From the NCBI GenBank assembly GCA_945787785.1, contig CALZIO010000001.1, positions 61,169-125,168 on the forward strand: a stretch of 64,000 nt of DNA, in the 5' to 3' direction. The notes beneath the pieces are model-generated. The model had not been told where the DNA came from, made no database searches, and saw nothing but the letters and a program-made list of their open reading frames with translations. The DNA comes from an uncultured Chromatiaceae bacterium (GTDB taxonomy: Bacteria > Pseudomonadota > Gammaproteobacteria > Tenderiales > Tenderiaceae). A program made the position numbers and the translations under genes. This document shows, one piece after another, positions 32,202 to 41,805 of this stretch (the first letter of the stretch is position 1; every line of letters starts with the position of its first letter).

Positions 32202-32966
32202 CTAGGGCAGATGCTCAACCGGAATTCGAGAGTTACCCATAGTTGTTTGAGGCGCTTGAGTCAGAAAAGTCGCAACATTCAGAATATCCTCATCCGTCAG
32301 CTTCTGGGCAACTATCTGCATTTGTTTCATTGGGTCATTAGCCCGTGATCCATCACGCCATTTCTTCAGCTGGCTAACCAAGTAAGTAAACTTCTGCTCA
32401 CCAATGCGTGGGTACATTGGATCTACGCCGCGGCCGTTGTGACCATGGCATGATAAACACGCAGGAATACCACGATCCAGATCACCGTAATTGACTAAAG
32501 CTTTACCAAGGTGGGATTCACCAATTTCAGTACCACTTTCTTTCAGAGCAGCGATATCTGAACCACCACTTGCTTCTTGTAACTCTGTCCCGCTGAAAAT
32601 ACGACCAATTGAGTTCAGGTAAGCCGCAACATCCTTGCGATCCTGAGGGCTCAGACCCTTGGCATTCGCATTCATCACAAACATGGTTGTGTCCTGACGT
32701 CTGTCGTTGGCATAATCATCTAGCTGCTTAGCCAGAAACATATAAATTTGACCTGCCAGACGAGGCGTACCCATCATGTCATTACCCATGCCGTCGGCAC
32801 CGTGACATGAAGTACAGGCAGGCACATCACCCTTGCCGTTTTCAAATATTGATTTGCCGCTGTTTAAATCAGCACCAGTCACTGAACCACTAGCGAAAGC
32901 TGGTGATACTGCCACAGCCATTGCAACGATTGACGCCGACCCCAATTTCTTTAAATAAGTGCGCAT
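32202..32966 (-). CDS. diheme cytochrome c4-type
   Basis: 254 aa with signal peptide and two CxxCH motifs (CTSCH and CLSCH) in repeated cytochrome-c-like halves. Confidence 0.8.
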   Translation of the reverse strand: MRTYLKKLGSASIVAMAVAVSPAFASGSVTGADLNSGKSIFENGKGDVPACTSCHGADGMGNDMMGTPRLAGQIYMFLAKQLDDYANDRRQDTTMFVMNANAKGLSPQDRKDVAAYLNSIGRIFSGTELQEASGGSDIAALKESGTEIGESHLGKALVNYGDLDRGIPACLSCHGHNGRGVDPMYPRIGEQKFTYLVSQLKKWRDGSRANDPMKQMQIVAQKLTDEDILNVATFLTQAPQTTMGNSRIPVEHLP

Positions 32967-33116
32967 GATAAAGACACCCTCCCAGATTCTTGTCTTTGTA
33001 AACCTTCGTCTCCCGACGGCATACCCTACACTCAGGCATGCCCAGACGTCAAGAATTTAAAGAACCTTGCCCAAAAGCATTAGACAGGAACTCTAAATCG
33101 TAAATAGATCCCTCTA

Positions 33117-33209
33117 TTAAGAATTTTTCTTAAGAACGAAAGCAGCCAATGCTAACGCAAAGATAAACCAAAGAACATAGAGAGTAAGTACTTGACCTGT
33201 TTCTAACAT
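33117..33209 (-). CDS. tiny single-TM peptide (30 aa), tentative
   Basis: GGAGGAATAATA precedes the ATG. Sequence MLETGQVLTLYVLWFIFALALAAFVLKKNS. Confidence 0.2.
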   Translation of the reverse strand: MLETGQVLTLYVLWFIFALALAAFVLKKNS

Positions 33210-33461
33210 TATTATTCCTCCCAGAAATAAAGATATTGACTTGTTTTTATATACCAACCCAAAAAAGTACAGCTAAAAACGATGTATATCATGACACAGA
33301 ATCCGATTGCAAGCATCAAACCTGAAAACTTTTTTATTATCAAAGCACAGCCAAACCATTTTGAGCGCACCACAGCAGCAACAGGATGCGCCCCCTGATG
33401 ATTTAAGCTATGATCTGCCGCTTTTCCCGTACCGGGCACGGACTATAAAACGAAGTTTTTA

Positions 33462-34883
33462 ATGGATATCACAAAAATATACCGCTATTGGGGTGTTCTA
33501 GCACTATTGGTTTGGGGCGGACTAGCCATTGGCCTGAGTCTGTTACGATTTGATGCTTATGGAATCGACGAAGCCGCAGCACGCGCCTTGTTAATCAATT
33601 GGACTGTCGCTGGCCGCGTAGTCAATCCAATTGTCACACTTGGCGCCCCAGATTTCCGCGCCCTCCTCTTTTTGCCGCTTGGTGCCTACTGGCCCGGCAG
33701 CTTTGTTGCCCTGAAAGTATTTATGCTGCTGGTGCTATTCGCAGCTGCCGCATTATTGTACAACTGGAGCAAAAAGAACCAGGATGGTGAAACTGCGTTA
33801 TTAGCCTCCGGCTTACTATTAATCGCACCACTATCATTAATGCAGATTAATTCAGTTGGGGCGGGTCCATTTCTGCTGCTTGGTTTTGGCTTTGGCTTAT
33901 GGCTGAACCAACGCTATCGGTCAGTCGGCAAACAACTCGGCGGCTGGTTTTTTATACAAATGCTGCTGGTTGTCACCCTGGTTACCATCCATCCTGCTGG
34001 ACTAGCCTACCCACTGGCGCTGGCCTGGGAATGGCGCACCAACCCCCTGAACGAGCGACAGCGCAAGCAAATGCATATAGGCGTCAGCATTGCAGCGATT
34101 TTTGCCCTGCTATTCAGCTACCTGTTCGGCAATCCAACATTTGAATGGGGGATCAACCCACTGGAAACACTTGGCGCCGCAGCTCTTGGCCGTATTCCAG
34201 GCGATCCAAATCCAATGTATGCCACTTCCGGCATCCTGCCAGCCCTGATTGTAGGCGCAGTTATTCTGGGTTATCGCAAACAGATACTGACCGAGCTAAT
34301 GCCGCGCATGCTACTGCTAGGGGGATTACTGGGGCTGGTGACTGCCGACTATGGCTGGGCCATGGTGGTTCTGGCGCTGGTGTTGTACTGTGGCATCCCG
34401 CTGTTAATCAAACTCAACAGCACCATGGGCGCCAACAGCTTTGCCGGGCAGCGCGGTCTGCTAATGGTGGTTATCTTTATTCTCACCACGCTGTTTATGA
34501 TGGGTGATCGTGCTTATCGCAGCAGCGTCATTAGCGGTACGCTGGAACCACATGACGAGATCATCAATGCATTGGCGATAGAGACTGAGTCAGTGGACAA
34601 GAATTTCTACACCATCAGTGAGTGGCCAGCGTCTACCATGCTGGCGTTAAAAAGACCGGTGTTTCCATTACCTCCAGAGTTCGACTCCCCTGAAGAGCTG
34701 CTCAAAAATATTGGCAAGATCGATTTCATCGTGTTTGATGCAAGCGATCCCGGCAATAAACACTTACGCGATCAACTTGCCAACCTGATTGGCAGAACGG
34801 AAACACTAATCCAGCAACCCGGTGGTGTGATTGTCAAAATAAAACCAGATAGCAGCCAAGCTAACCCCAGCCCGATCCTTTAA
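33462..34883 (+). CDS. multi-TM membrane protein, GT-C (PMT_2/ArnT-like) glycosyltransferase fold suspected
   Basis: 473 aa with about 11 TM helices. DE motif in the first loop (RFDAYGIDEAAA), typical of GT-C glycosyltransferases. Confidence 0.45.
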   Translation: MDITKIYRYWGVLALLVWGGLAIGLSLLRFDAYGIDEAAARALLINWTVAGRVVNPIVTLGAPDFRALLFLPLGAYWPGSFVALKVFMLLVLFAAAALLYNWSKKNQDGETALLASGLLLIAPLSLMQINSVGAGPFLLLGFGFGLWLNQRYRSVGKQLGGWFFIQMLLVVTLVTIHPAGLAYPLALAWEWRTNPLNERQRKQMHIGVSIAAIFALLFSYLFGNPTFEWGINPLETLGAAALGRIPGDPNPMYATSGILPALIVGAVILGYRKQILTELMPRMLLLGGLLGLVTADYGWAMVVLALVLYCGIPLLIKLNSTMGANSFAGQRGLLMVVIFILTTLFMMGDRAYRSSVISGTLEPHDEIINALAIETESVDKNFYTISEWPASTMLALKRPVFPLPPEFDSPEELLKNIGKIDFIVFDASDPGNKHLRDQLANLIGRTETLIQQPGGVIVKIKPDSSQANPSPIL

Positions 34884-35695
34884 CGCTGGCATTTGGGGCA
34901 GTAATAGCTCGCGCGCTGCCCTTGCCTTAACTGCTTTATGGTGGCACCACATTGCAAGCAGGCTTCGCCTGCACGGCCATACACTTGCAGCTGCTGCTTA
35001 AAATAGCCAGGCTTGCCATTACCACCCACAAAATCACGCAAGGTAGTGCCACCCTGCTTGATTGCCGACGCTAACACCCGCTTTATCGCCTCGACCAAAT
35101 CCAGGCAGCGCTGACGCGACAACTTTCCCGCTGCCAACTGCGGCCGAATACCCGCCCGAAACAGCGCCTCATTTGCGTATATATTGCCAACACCCACCAC
35201 AGTATGGCTATCCATCACAAACTGTTTGATTGCCTGTTTGCGTTTGCGTGAACGCTGATATAAATAGTCCGCATTGAATTCTTCAGATAATGGCTCCGGC
35301 CCCAGGCTGGCAAGCAGCTTGTGCTGCATCGGCTCACCCTTGAGCCATAACACTGCGCCAAACCGGCGAGGATCTCGCAAACGCAGCGCCTGGCCATTCT
35401 CAAACACGATATCAATGTGGTCGTGCTTCTCTGCCAAGCTATCAGCGGCAGCCAAACGTAAGCTGCCCGACATCCCCAGATGAATCATCACCGCACCTGT
35501 CTCGCAGTGCAGCAATAGATATTTGCCGCGCCGATCGACCCGTTCGATCACCTGGCCAGGCAGATCCGCCAACAAACTCTGCGGCACCGGGTAGCGCAAT
35601 TTGCGCCGCCGCAACACCAGCTCCGCCACCACCTGACCTTCAATATGAGGCGCAATGCCGCTGCGTGTTGTTTCGACTTCAGGCAATTCAGGCAT
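34880..35695 (-). CDS. mutM: formamidopyrimidine-DNA glycosylase
   Basis: 271 aa starting MPELPEVE (catalytic Pro2 and Glu3). C-terminal zinc finger CLQCG..CPKCQ. Confidence 0.9.
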   Translation of the reverse strand: MPELPEVETTRSGIAPHIEGQVVAELVLRRRKLRYPVPQSLLADLPGQVIERVDRRGKYLLLHCETGAVMIHLGMSGSLRLAAADSLAEKHDHIDIVFENGQALRLRDPRRFGAVLWLKGEPMQHKLLASLGPEPLSEEFNADYLYQRSRKRKQAIKQFVMDSHTVVGVGNIYANEALFRAGIRPQLAAGKLSRQRCLDLVEAIKRVLASAIKQGGTTLRDFVGGNGKPGYFKQQLQVYGRAGEACLQCGATIKQLRQGQRASYYCPKCQR

Positions 35696-36579
35696 TAGTG
35701 ACTCTCAGGCGCAACATCTGACACTTGGGCTGCCTCAGTCTTTAATGGCAGCCACGCTAACAATCGTTGCGACTGTGATTTATCAAACAGATACTCAAGC
35801 GCCAGCTCCGGCCGCTGTAAAACCAGCCTATCTTCGGTATTCAGCAAACCGAATGAGATTGCCGTCCCCGCGTCGAATTTCACTACAACAGTTTCCGTTG
35901 CCACCACGTCACCCACAGGCCTGACTTGCATAGCCTGAGCATTACGCCAGGCATCAACTAGTTCTTGCAGCTGATCATTTGATTGCGGCATAACCGCACC
36001 ATCAAATTGCCAACCCTCAGCGGCCCGCTCAAGCTTGCCTAAACCCGGTATCTCTAGTTTTTGCAAGTCGCTGTCGGCGGGCAACAATCTCGGCGAGACA
36101 TAGCGATACCAGGCCAGGGTAAGAAATGAAATATCATTTTGCGCCACCATATGCATGACATTATCTACCATGACATACAGGCGGCTATTGAGAGGATTAA
36201 TTCGGCCAAAAGCCAATTCAACATCATCTATTACCAGTTTGGCTCTCGGTTGCTGCAAGCCATACTTCTGCAAATCCAGGCCCTCAACCGGATAACGTTG
36301 CAGACTTTCCCGAGTCAAGAGAGCCAGAATGCGCTGTATTGCCACCTGATTGGCAGAAACTTCGACAGGTTCGATCAAACCCCATTGCTCACCCTGGCGC
36401 TGCAATGCAACTGTTTCCGCCTCAGGCCGGTCAATTCTAATTTGCTGCACTGAGCTCGGATCCAGCGACGTTAACTTAACCACTTGTCGCGGTTGTTTGC
36501 CAGGATCCAGATAGACCAGCGCAACCAGCGCTAACACCACCAGTAATAATAGTAAATTAAGCCAGCTACGCTTACCCAT
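35695..36579 (-). CDS. DUF4340-like protein associated with GldG-type ABC systems
   Basis: 294 aa with an N-terminal TM anchor. Sits at the usual position after the GldG-like gene. Confidence 0.55.
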   Translation of the reverse strand: MGKRSWLNLLLLLVVLALVALVYLDPGKQPRQVVKLTSLDPSSVQQIRIDRPEAETVALQRQGEQWGLIEPVEVSANQVAIQRILALLTRESLQRYPVEGLDLQKYGLQQPRAKLVIDDVELAFGRINPLNSRLYVMVDNVMHMVAQNDISFLTLAWYRYVSPRLLPADSDLQKLEIPGLGKLERAAEGWQFDGAVMPQSNDQLQELVDAWRNAQAMQVRPVGDVVATETVVVKFDAGTAISFGLLNTEDRLVLQRPELALEYLFDKSQSQRLLAWLPLKTEAAQVSDVAPESH

Positions 36580-37952
36580 CAGGCCTTGCGCCTTTTCAAC
36601 CAGATCGTCAAACCACTCAGCAACAGCACTGCAGGCAGCACTAACAAAAAGCCAAAGCCAATAACCATCGACTGACTCCGCGACAGATTCAACGAGCTAT
36701 CCACTGCCGTTTTGGCTGGCACGGCAATCAGCTGATCATCACTGCTAAGCCAATTGATCATATTCATACCCAGATCCAGATTTCCGCCATTACCGAGATA
36801 GGCATTGGAGATAAAGTCACCATCGCCAACGATAATAATGCGCTGTTGTTTTGGCTGAGCCTGCTCTTCGGCAGCAGCATCGCTATCCAGGTCGCGTGAA
36901 ACGGCAGCCGCCAGACTCATCGGCCCCATCACATCTTCAAACTCATCAAAACTAATTTCTCCGGCCAGCACACCTGTCTCAGACCAGCTCTGTGCCGTGG
37001 TCAGCAAAAAACTATCGCCCTGCCAATCAGCTTGGGGTTCAACCACCACACCAGCAGCATAGGGAAAAATGGTCAGCATATCGAAGCCCTCGACCACAGG
37101 ATGAAAGCTGTAATCTCCAACGATGGCAAAGGTGGGATCATTAATAGAAAACATTTGTGTAGTGGGATCGACAATCACACCCGGCTCAAATGAAACGCCC
37201 AATAGCTCCGCCAATGATTCCAAACCATAGAGCTGACCTGGATCAGCCAACCACAACACATTTCCTCCCCGGGCAATATAATCTTCAATTAACCTCACCT
37301 CACCCGGCAGATAATTCACTTGCGGCCCGGCAATCACCAACACGCTGGTGTTATCCGGCACTATGGCAGAAGTAGCAAGATTCAGCCCTTGCAGACGAAA
37401 ACCCTTGGCCTCCAGTTGCTGTGCCCACACCTGCAGATCATGATTGGCCTTACCAAAGGCACTGCGCTCGCCATGCCCTTCAACAAACACCAACCAACGC
37501 TCGGCAGTACGTGAGACACGCTGCAGCGCATTAGTAATTGCCCCCTCAGTCAACTGCGTGACCTGCTCGCTACGGCCTTGATATTCAACCAGCAGCTCAC
37601 CATCAACGGTAATACTCAGCTCGCGCACCAAGTCAGGCTCTGTATCAGGATTAACAAAGCTCAGCTGTAAGTCTTGTTTATAGCGTTGATAACGCCCGAT
37701 CAAATCCTCAATCGGTTTTCTTAACGGACTGGCATCCATTGCAAAGGCAGAAACTTTAATTTCGCCTTCCATCTGCTCCAACACTGTAATACTCGCTTCA
37801 GAAAGGGTATTACGGCTATTAGCGGTCCAATCAGCCTGATACCGATAGTTATCACTCAACCAGGCCAGCAAGCCGATCACAGTGAAAAACAGCAGCACAA
37901 ACAGAATGTTCTGTAAGCGAATCTGACGTTTTGATTGCTTTGTAACTTTCAT
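36579..37952 (-). CDS. GldG-like ABC transporter auxiliary component
   Basis: 457 aa with an N-terminal TM, a large periplasmic domain and a C-terminal TM. Operon with ABC-2 permease and ATPase genes. Confidence 0.7.
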   Translation of the reverse strand: MKVTKQSKRQIRLQNILFVLLFFTVIGLLAWLSDNYRYQADWTANSRNTLSEASITVLEQMEGEIKVSAFAMDASPLRKPIEDLIGRYQRYKQDLQLSFVNPDTEPDLVRELSITVDGELLVEYQGRSEQVTQLTEGAITNALQRVSRTAERWLVFVEGHGERSAFGKANHDLQVWAQQLEAKGFRLQGLNLATSAIVPDNTSVLVIAGPQVNYLPGEVRLIEDYIARGGNVLWLADPGQLYGLESLAELLGVSFEPGVIVDPTTQMFSINDPTFAIVGDYSFHPVVEGFDMLTIFPYAAGVVVEPQADWQGDSFLLTTAQSWSETGVLAGEISFDEFEDVMGPMSLAAAVSRDLDSDAAAEEQAQPKQQRIIIVGDGDFISNAYLGNGGNLDLGMNMINWLSSDDQLIAVPAKTAVDSSLNLSRSQSMVIGFGFLLVLPAVLLLSGLTIWLKRRKA

Positions 37953-37963
37953 ATCGTTGCCCC

Positions 37964-38722
37964 TTAATGCTGCAGCCGATCGGCATCAAGCCGGCGGATA
38001 CTCAAGCCTAAAAACAAGGACACAAACAACAGGTAATACACTACATCCGCGCTATCAAACACCCCTTTCAACAAAGACTCAAAATGGCGTAACAGTGACA
38101 AATAAGCAAATAGTTCACTAGCCTGACCAGTATTATTGCTGCCGGCCCAATCGATAATCCACAACAATAATAAAACACCAAAGCTACTCACTGCGGCAAT
38201 GATAGGCTGTTCGGTCAGTGTCGACATAAACAAACCCAGCGCTGCAAAACTGGCCAGCAACAACACCAAACCTAACACCCCTGACCACAACATCCCCATA
38301 TCAAGACTACCGCCCATCAGCAATGACAATGGCATCAACACAATCATCGCCACCATTATCAACAAGAAACCCAGTACTCCAAAAAATTTACCCAGCACGA
38401 TTTCAGTCATTGATAAAGGCGCCGAAAACAGCAGGCTTAAGGTCTGGGAACGGCGCTCTTCACTGACCAGGCGCATGGTCAACATCGGCACCACAAGCAA
38501 TAGCACCACCGCGGCATTACCCAGCAATGGCGCCACAATAATTTCGGTCACGCCTGGCGCCCCTTCGATGCCAAGCAGTCGAGACTGCAGCGACACAAAC
38601 AGATCGAGCTGGGTCAAAAACATGTATGCCAAAATCAACTGCACCACCGCCAGGATCGACCAGGCCAATGGTGAGATAAACAGGCTACGCAGTTCGCGGC
38701 TGGCAATGGTAAAGATCATCAT
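37964..38722 (-). CDS. ABC-2 type permease (GldF-like)
   Basis: 252 aa with six TM helices. Confidence 0.7.
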   Translation of the reverse strand: MMIFTIASRELRSLFISPLAWSILAVVQLILAYMFLTQLDLFVSLQSRLLGIEGAPGVTEIIVAPLLGNAAVVLLLVVPMLTMRLVSEERRSQTLSLLFSAPLSMTEIVLGKFFGVLGFLLIMVAMIVLMPLSLLMGGSLDMGMLWSGVLGLVLLLASFAALGLFMSTLTEQPIIAAVSSFGVLLLLWIIDWAGSNNTGQASELFAYLSLLRHFESLLKGVFDSADVVYYLLFVSLFLGLSIRRLDADRLQH

Positions 38723-39681
38723 GCCACCTCCTCTGCCGACTCAGGCGCTGCCGTTTCCGTGGTCGTGATATCAACAAAGATCTGCTCCAGCGTCAGCCGT
38801 TCAGGCATCAACTCATACAAACCCCAGCCATTCTCTACCGCGGCAATGGCAAGCGCCTCGGCCTGTTGTTCAAGCTGCGCTGTATGAATTTTAAATCGGC
38901 CCTCGCCGAGCACTGTAACATTGCCCTCACCGACAACCGCCTCCAATGCTGTTAACTCCGGCGCTTGACGCAGGGCGACTAACAGATCCTCACCACGCAT
39001 GCGTTGCTGCAACCCGGCAATGGTGTCATTCAACACCAACTGACCCTTATTGATAATCTGCACCCGATCACACACTGTCTGCACTTCTGGCAGAATATGG
39101 GTCGACAAAATCACACTATGATCAGCACGCAATTCACGAATCAGAGCGCGAATTTCACGAATCTGAATCGGATCAAGTCCAACGGTCGGCTCATCCAAAA
39201 TCACCACGGCGGGCGAATGAATAATCGCCTGGGCAATACCCACCCGTTGGCGATAGCCCTTGGATAAATTGCCAATCAAGCGTTTGCCCACTTCAGTCAA
39301 ACCACAACGTTGTTTCGCCACATCCAGGGAATTACGTCGTTGCGATGCCGGAATACGATTTAAACAGGCACAAAATAACAAATACTCATCCACGGTCAGT
39401 TCCCGATACAGCGGTGGCTGATCCGGCAGGTAGCCGAGCAAGGCCTTGGCCTGTTTGGGTTGGTCGAGCAGATCAATACCACTGATCATGACACGCCCGG
39501 CACTCGGCGCCAGGTTGCCGCTGAGAATCTGCATAGTGGTGGACTTGCCCGCACCGTTGGGACCAAGAAATCCCAACACCTCTCCCTTTTTGACTTCAAA
39601 ACTGATGTTATCCAGCGCCCGCAGCGGGCCAAAAAAACGGCTAACCTGATCAGCCTGAATCAACACATCCTCTGTCGTCAT
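38719..39681 (-). CDS. ABC transporter ATP-binding protein (GldA-like)
   Basis: 320 aa with Walker A GPNGAGKST, signature LSKGYRQRV and Walker B ILDEPTVGLD. Confidence 0.85.
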   Translation of the reverse strand: MTTEDVLIQADQVSRFFGPLRALDNISFEVKKGEVLGFLGPNGAGKSTTMQILSGNLAPSAGRVMISGIDLLDQPKQAKALLGYLPDQPPLYRELTVDEYLLFCACLNRIPASQRRNSLDVAKQRCGLTEVGKRLIGNLSKGYRQRVGIAQAIIHSPAVVILDEPTVGLDPIQIREIRALIRELRADHSVILSTHILPEVQTVCDRVQIINKGQLVLNDTIAGLQQRMRGEDLLVALRQAPELTALEAVVGEGNVTVLGEGRFKIHTAQLEQQAEALAIAAVENGWGLYELMPERLTLEQIFVDITTTETAAPESAEEVA

Positions 39682-39832
39682 GAAAATTTCCCTGTTTGTC
39701 TAGGGCCTGTTAACGCCGTCAACACGACAAGCCTTATTGCACACCGTATAATATTTTTGTCTACAACAGTGTGCAAACTAACAATATATGGCGTGGCACG
39801 CTAAATTAATTTTATAAGATAAGGACCACAGG

Positions 39833-41794
39833 ATGTTACTCGGCGTCGATACCGGTGGCACATTTACCGATTTTGTACTGTTTGACGGAAAAACATTACG
39901 CCTGCACAAGCGCCTTTCAACACCCCATGCGCCGGAACAGGCGATCCTGCTCGGCATCCAGGACATGGGACTCAACCCTGAGCAGCTAAGCATCATCCAT
40001 GGCTCTACCGTCGCCACCAATGCGGCACTGGAAAAAAAAGGCGTGCGCACTGCCTTTATCACCAACCACGGCCATGGCGACATGCTCACCATTGGCCGTC
40101 AGGCGCGGCCTGAACTCTACAACCTGCAACCTGAAGCGATTTCTCCGCCTGTGCCTGCTGAACTGTGCCTGGAAACCGGTGGCCGGATTGCGGCCAATGG
40201 TGAACTGCTCGAACCATTAACTGAACAGGATCTGCAGCAACTACAACAACAATTGCAGCAACTCAAACCCGAGGCAGTGGCCATCAATTTGCTGTTTTCA
40301 TTTATCGATGACCGCGCCGAAAAGGCCATCGAGGCGGTCATCCCTGAGGGGATATTTGTGTCTCGCTCCTCCGAGATTTTGCCCGAATACAAAGAATACG
40401 AGCGCGGCATCACCACCTGGCTCAATGCCTGGATCGGCCCGCTGATGGAACGCTATTTAAATCGTCTTGGCAGTCGCCTGCCGCAGACACCGATTGCGGT
40501 AATGCAAAGCTCAGGCGGCAGCATCGCCGCCGGCCAGGCTGGCCGTCATGCCGTGCGGATGTTGTTGTCTGGCCCGGCTGGTGGTCTGGCCGGTGCACGT
40601 TTCATTGGCCATCTCGCTGGGCACGAATTATTGCTGACCTTCGACATGGGCGGCACCTCAACCGATGTCGCCCTCATCGATGGTGAACTGCGCCTTACCA
40701 ACGAAGGCCATATCGGTCCTTACCCGGTGGCAGTGCCTATGGTCGACATGCATACCATTGGCGCCGGTGGTGGCTCCATCGCCTATGTCGATGCCGGTGG
40801 TCTGTTGCAAGTGGGCCCTGAATCAGCCGGTGCTGACCCAGGCCCGGCCTGTTATGGCCGCGGTGGCAGTCAGGCAACTGTAACCGATGCCAACCTGGTG
40901 CTGGGACGCTTGCGCGCCGACGCCTTCCTCGGTGGCAAAATGCAATTGGAGGTTACTGCCGCTCATGACGCCGTCAGCACGCTGGCGCAACAGCTTGGTC
41001 TTGGTGTCGAAGAAACCGCCGCCGGCATTATTCGCCTGGCCAATGAACACATGAGCCAGGCCTTGCGGGTGATCTCGATTCAGCGTGGCATGGATCCCAA
41101 GGGTTTTACCCTAATGCCATTTGGCGGCGCCGGTGGCCTGCATGTCTGCGCCCTGGCCGAGGCATTGGGAATGGAGCAAGCTCTGGTGCCAATCCAGGGT
41201 GGCGTGTTGTCGGCATTTGGCATGCTGGTGGCGCGGCGCAGCCGTGAACTGTCTCAAACCATTGCCAACCAGCTCGATCAAATTGATACCAGCAAGCTGG
41301 AAACTGAGTTTCAGAGTCTCGAAGACAAGGCACTCGCTGCCCTGAACAGCGAAGGGATAAACAATGAGCAGGTTACGTTACGGCGTTCGCTCGACCTACG
41401 CTACCGTGGCCAGGCCTTTAGCCTCAACATCCCATGGCAAAAGCTGGAGAGCTGCGCCGAGACCTTTCAGCAAAGCCATGAGCAGCGTTATGGTCATCGC
41501 CTGCAGCAGCCCGTTGAACTGGTAAATATTCGCCTGCACGCCCATGGGCCGGCGCAGCAGATAGAGATTCCTGTACTTGAGCAGCAGGCTTTCGCTGCAG
41601 ACACGATTCAAACTGCAAATCTGTATGGCATTGAAAAAACAGTAGCGATCCTGGAGCGCGAAAAATTACCTGCTGGACAACGCATTGACGGCCCTGCCTT
41701 GATAACCGAAACCGTGGCAACGACGTTTATTGATTCTGGCTGGCAGTGCCAGGTTGATAATTACGGTAATTTACTACTAAAACGTGAATCTTAA
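39833..41794 (+). CDS. hydantoinase/oxoprolinase A-family protein (HyuA-like), no adjacent HyuB
   Basis: 653 aa. N-terminus LLGVDTGGTFTDFVLFDG, typical of the Hydant_A_N / ASKHA fold. Confidence 0.75.
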   Translation: MLLGVDTGGTFTDFVLFDGKTLRLHKRLSTPHAPEQAILLGIQDMGLNPEQLSIIHGSTVATNAALEKKGVRTAFITNHGHGDMLTIGRQARPELYNLQPEAISPPVPAELCLETGGRIAANGELLEPLTEQDLQQLQQQLQQLKPEAVAINLLFSFIDDRAEKAIEAVIPEGIFVSRSSEILPEYKEYERGITTWLNAWIGPLMERYLNRLGSRLPQTPIAVMQSSGGSIAAGQAGRHAVRMLLSGPAGGLAGARFIGHLAGHELLLTFDMGGTSTDVALIDGELRLTNEGHIGPYPVAVPMVDMHTIGAGGGSIAYVDAGGLLQVGPESAGADPGPACYGRGGSQATVTDANLVLGRLRADAFLGGKMQLEVTAAHDAVSTLAQQLGLGVEETAAGIIRLANEHMSQALRVISIQRGMDPKGFTLMPFGGAGGLHVCALAEALGMEQALVPIQGGVLSAFGMLVARRSRELSQTIANQLDQIDTSKLETEFQSLEDKALAALNSEGINNEQVTLRRSLDLRYRGQAFSLNIPWQKLESCAETFQQSHEQRYGHRLQQPVELVNIRLHAHGPAQQIEIPVLEQQAFAADTIQTANLYGIEKTVAILEREKLPAGQRIDGPALITETVATTFIDSGWQCQVDNYGNLLLKRES

Positions 41795-41805
41795 AATGTC
41801 GCTGA

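Noticed and set aside
33212-33439. 75-aa minus-strand ORF in the intergenic region before the GT-C-like gene
   Set aside because: There is no RBS. It overlaps the promoter/RBS region of the 33462 gene, and its composition is unlike the neighbouring genes. Probably spurious.
38136-38768. 210-aa plus-strand ORF
   Set aside because: It is antisense to the ABC-2 permease gene and has a low-complexity translation.
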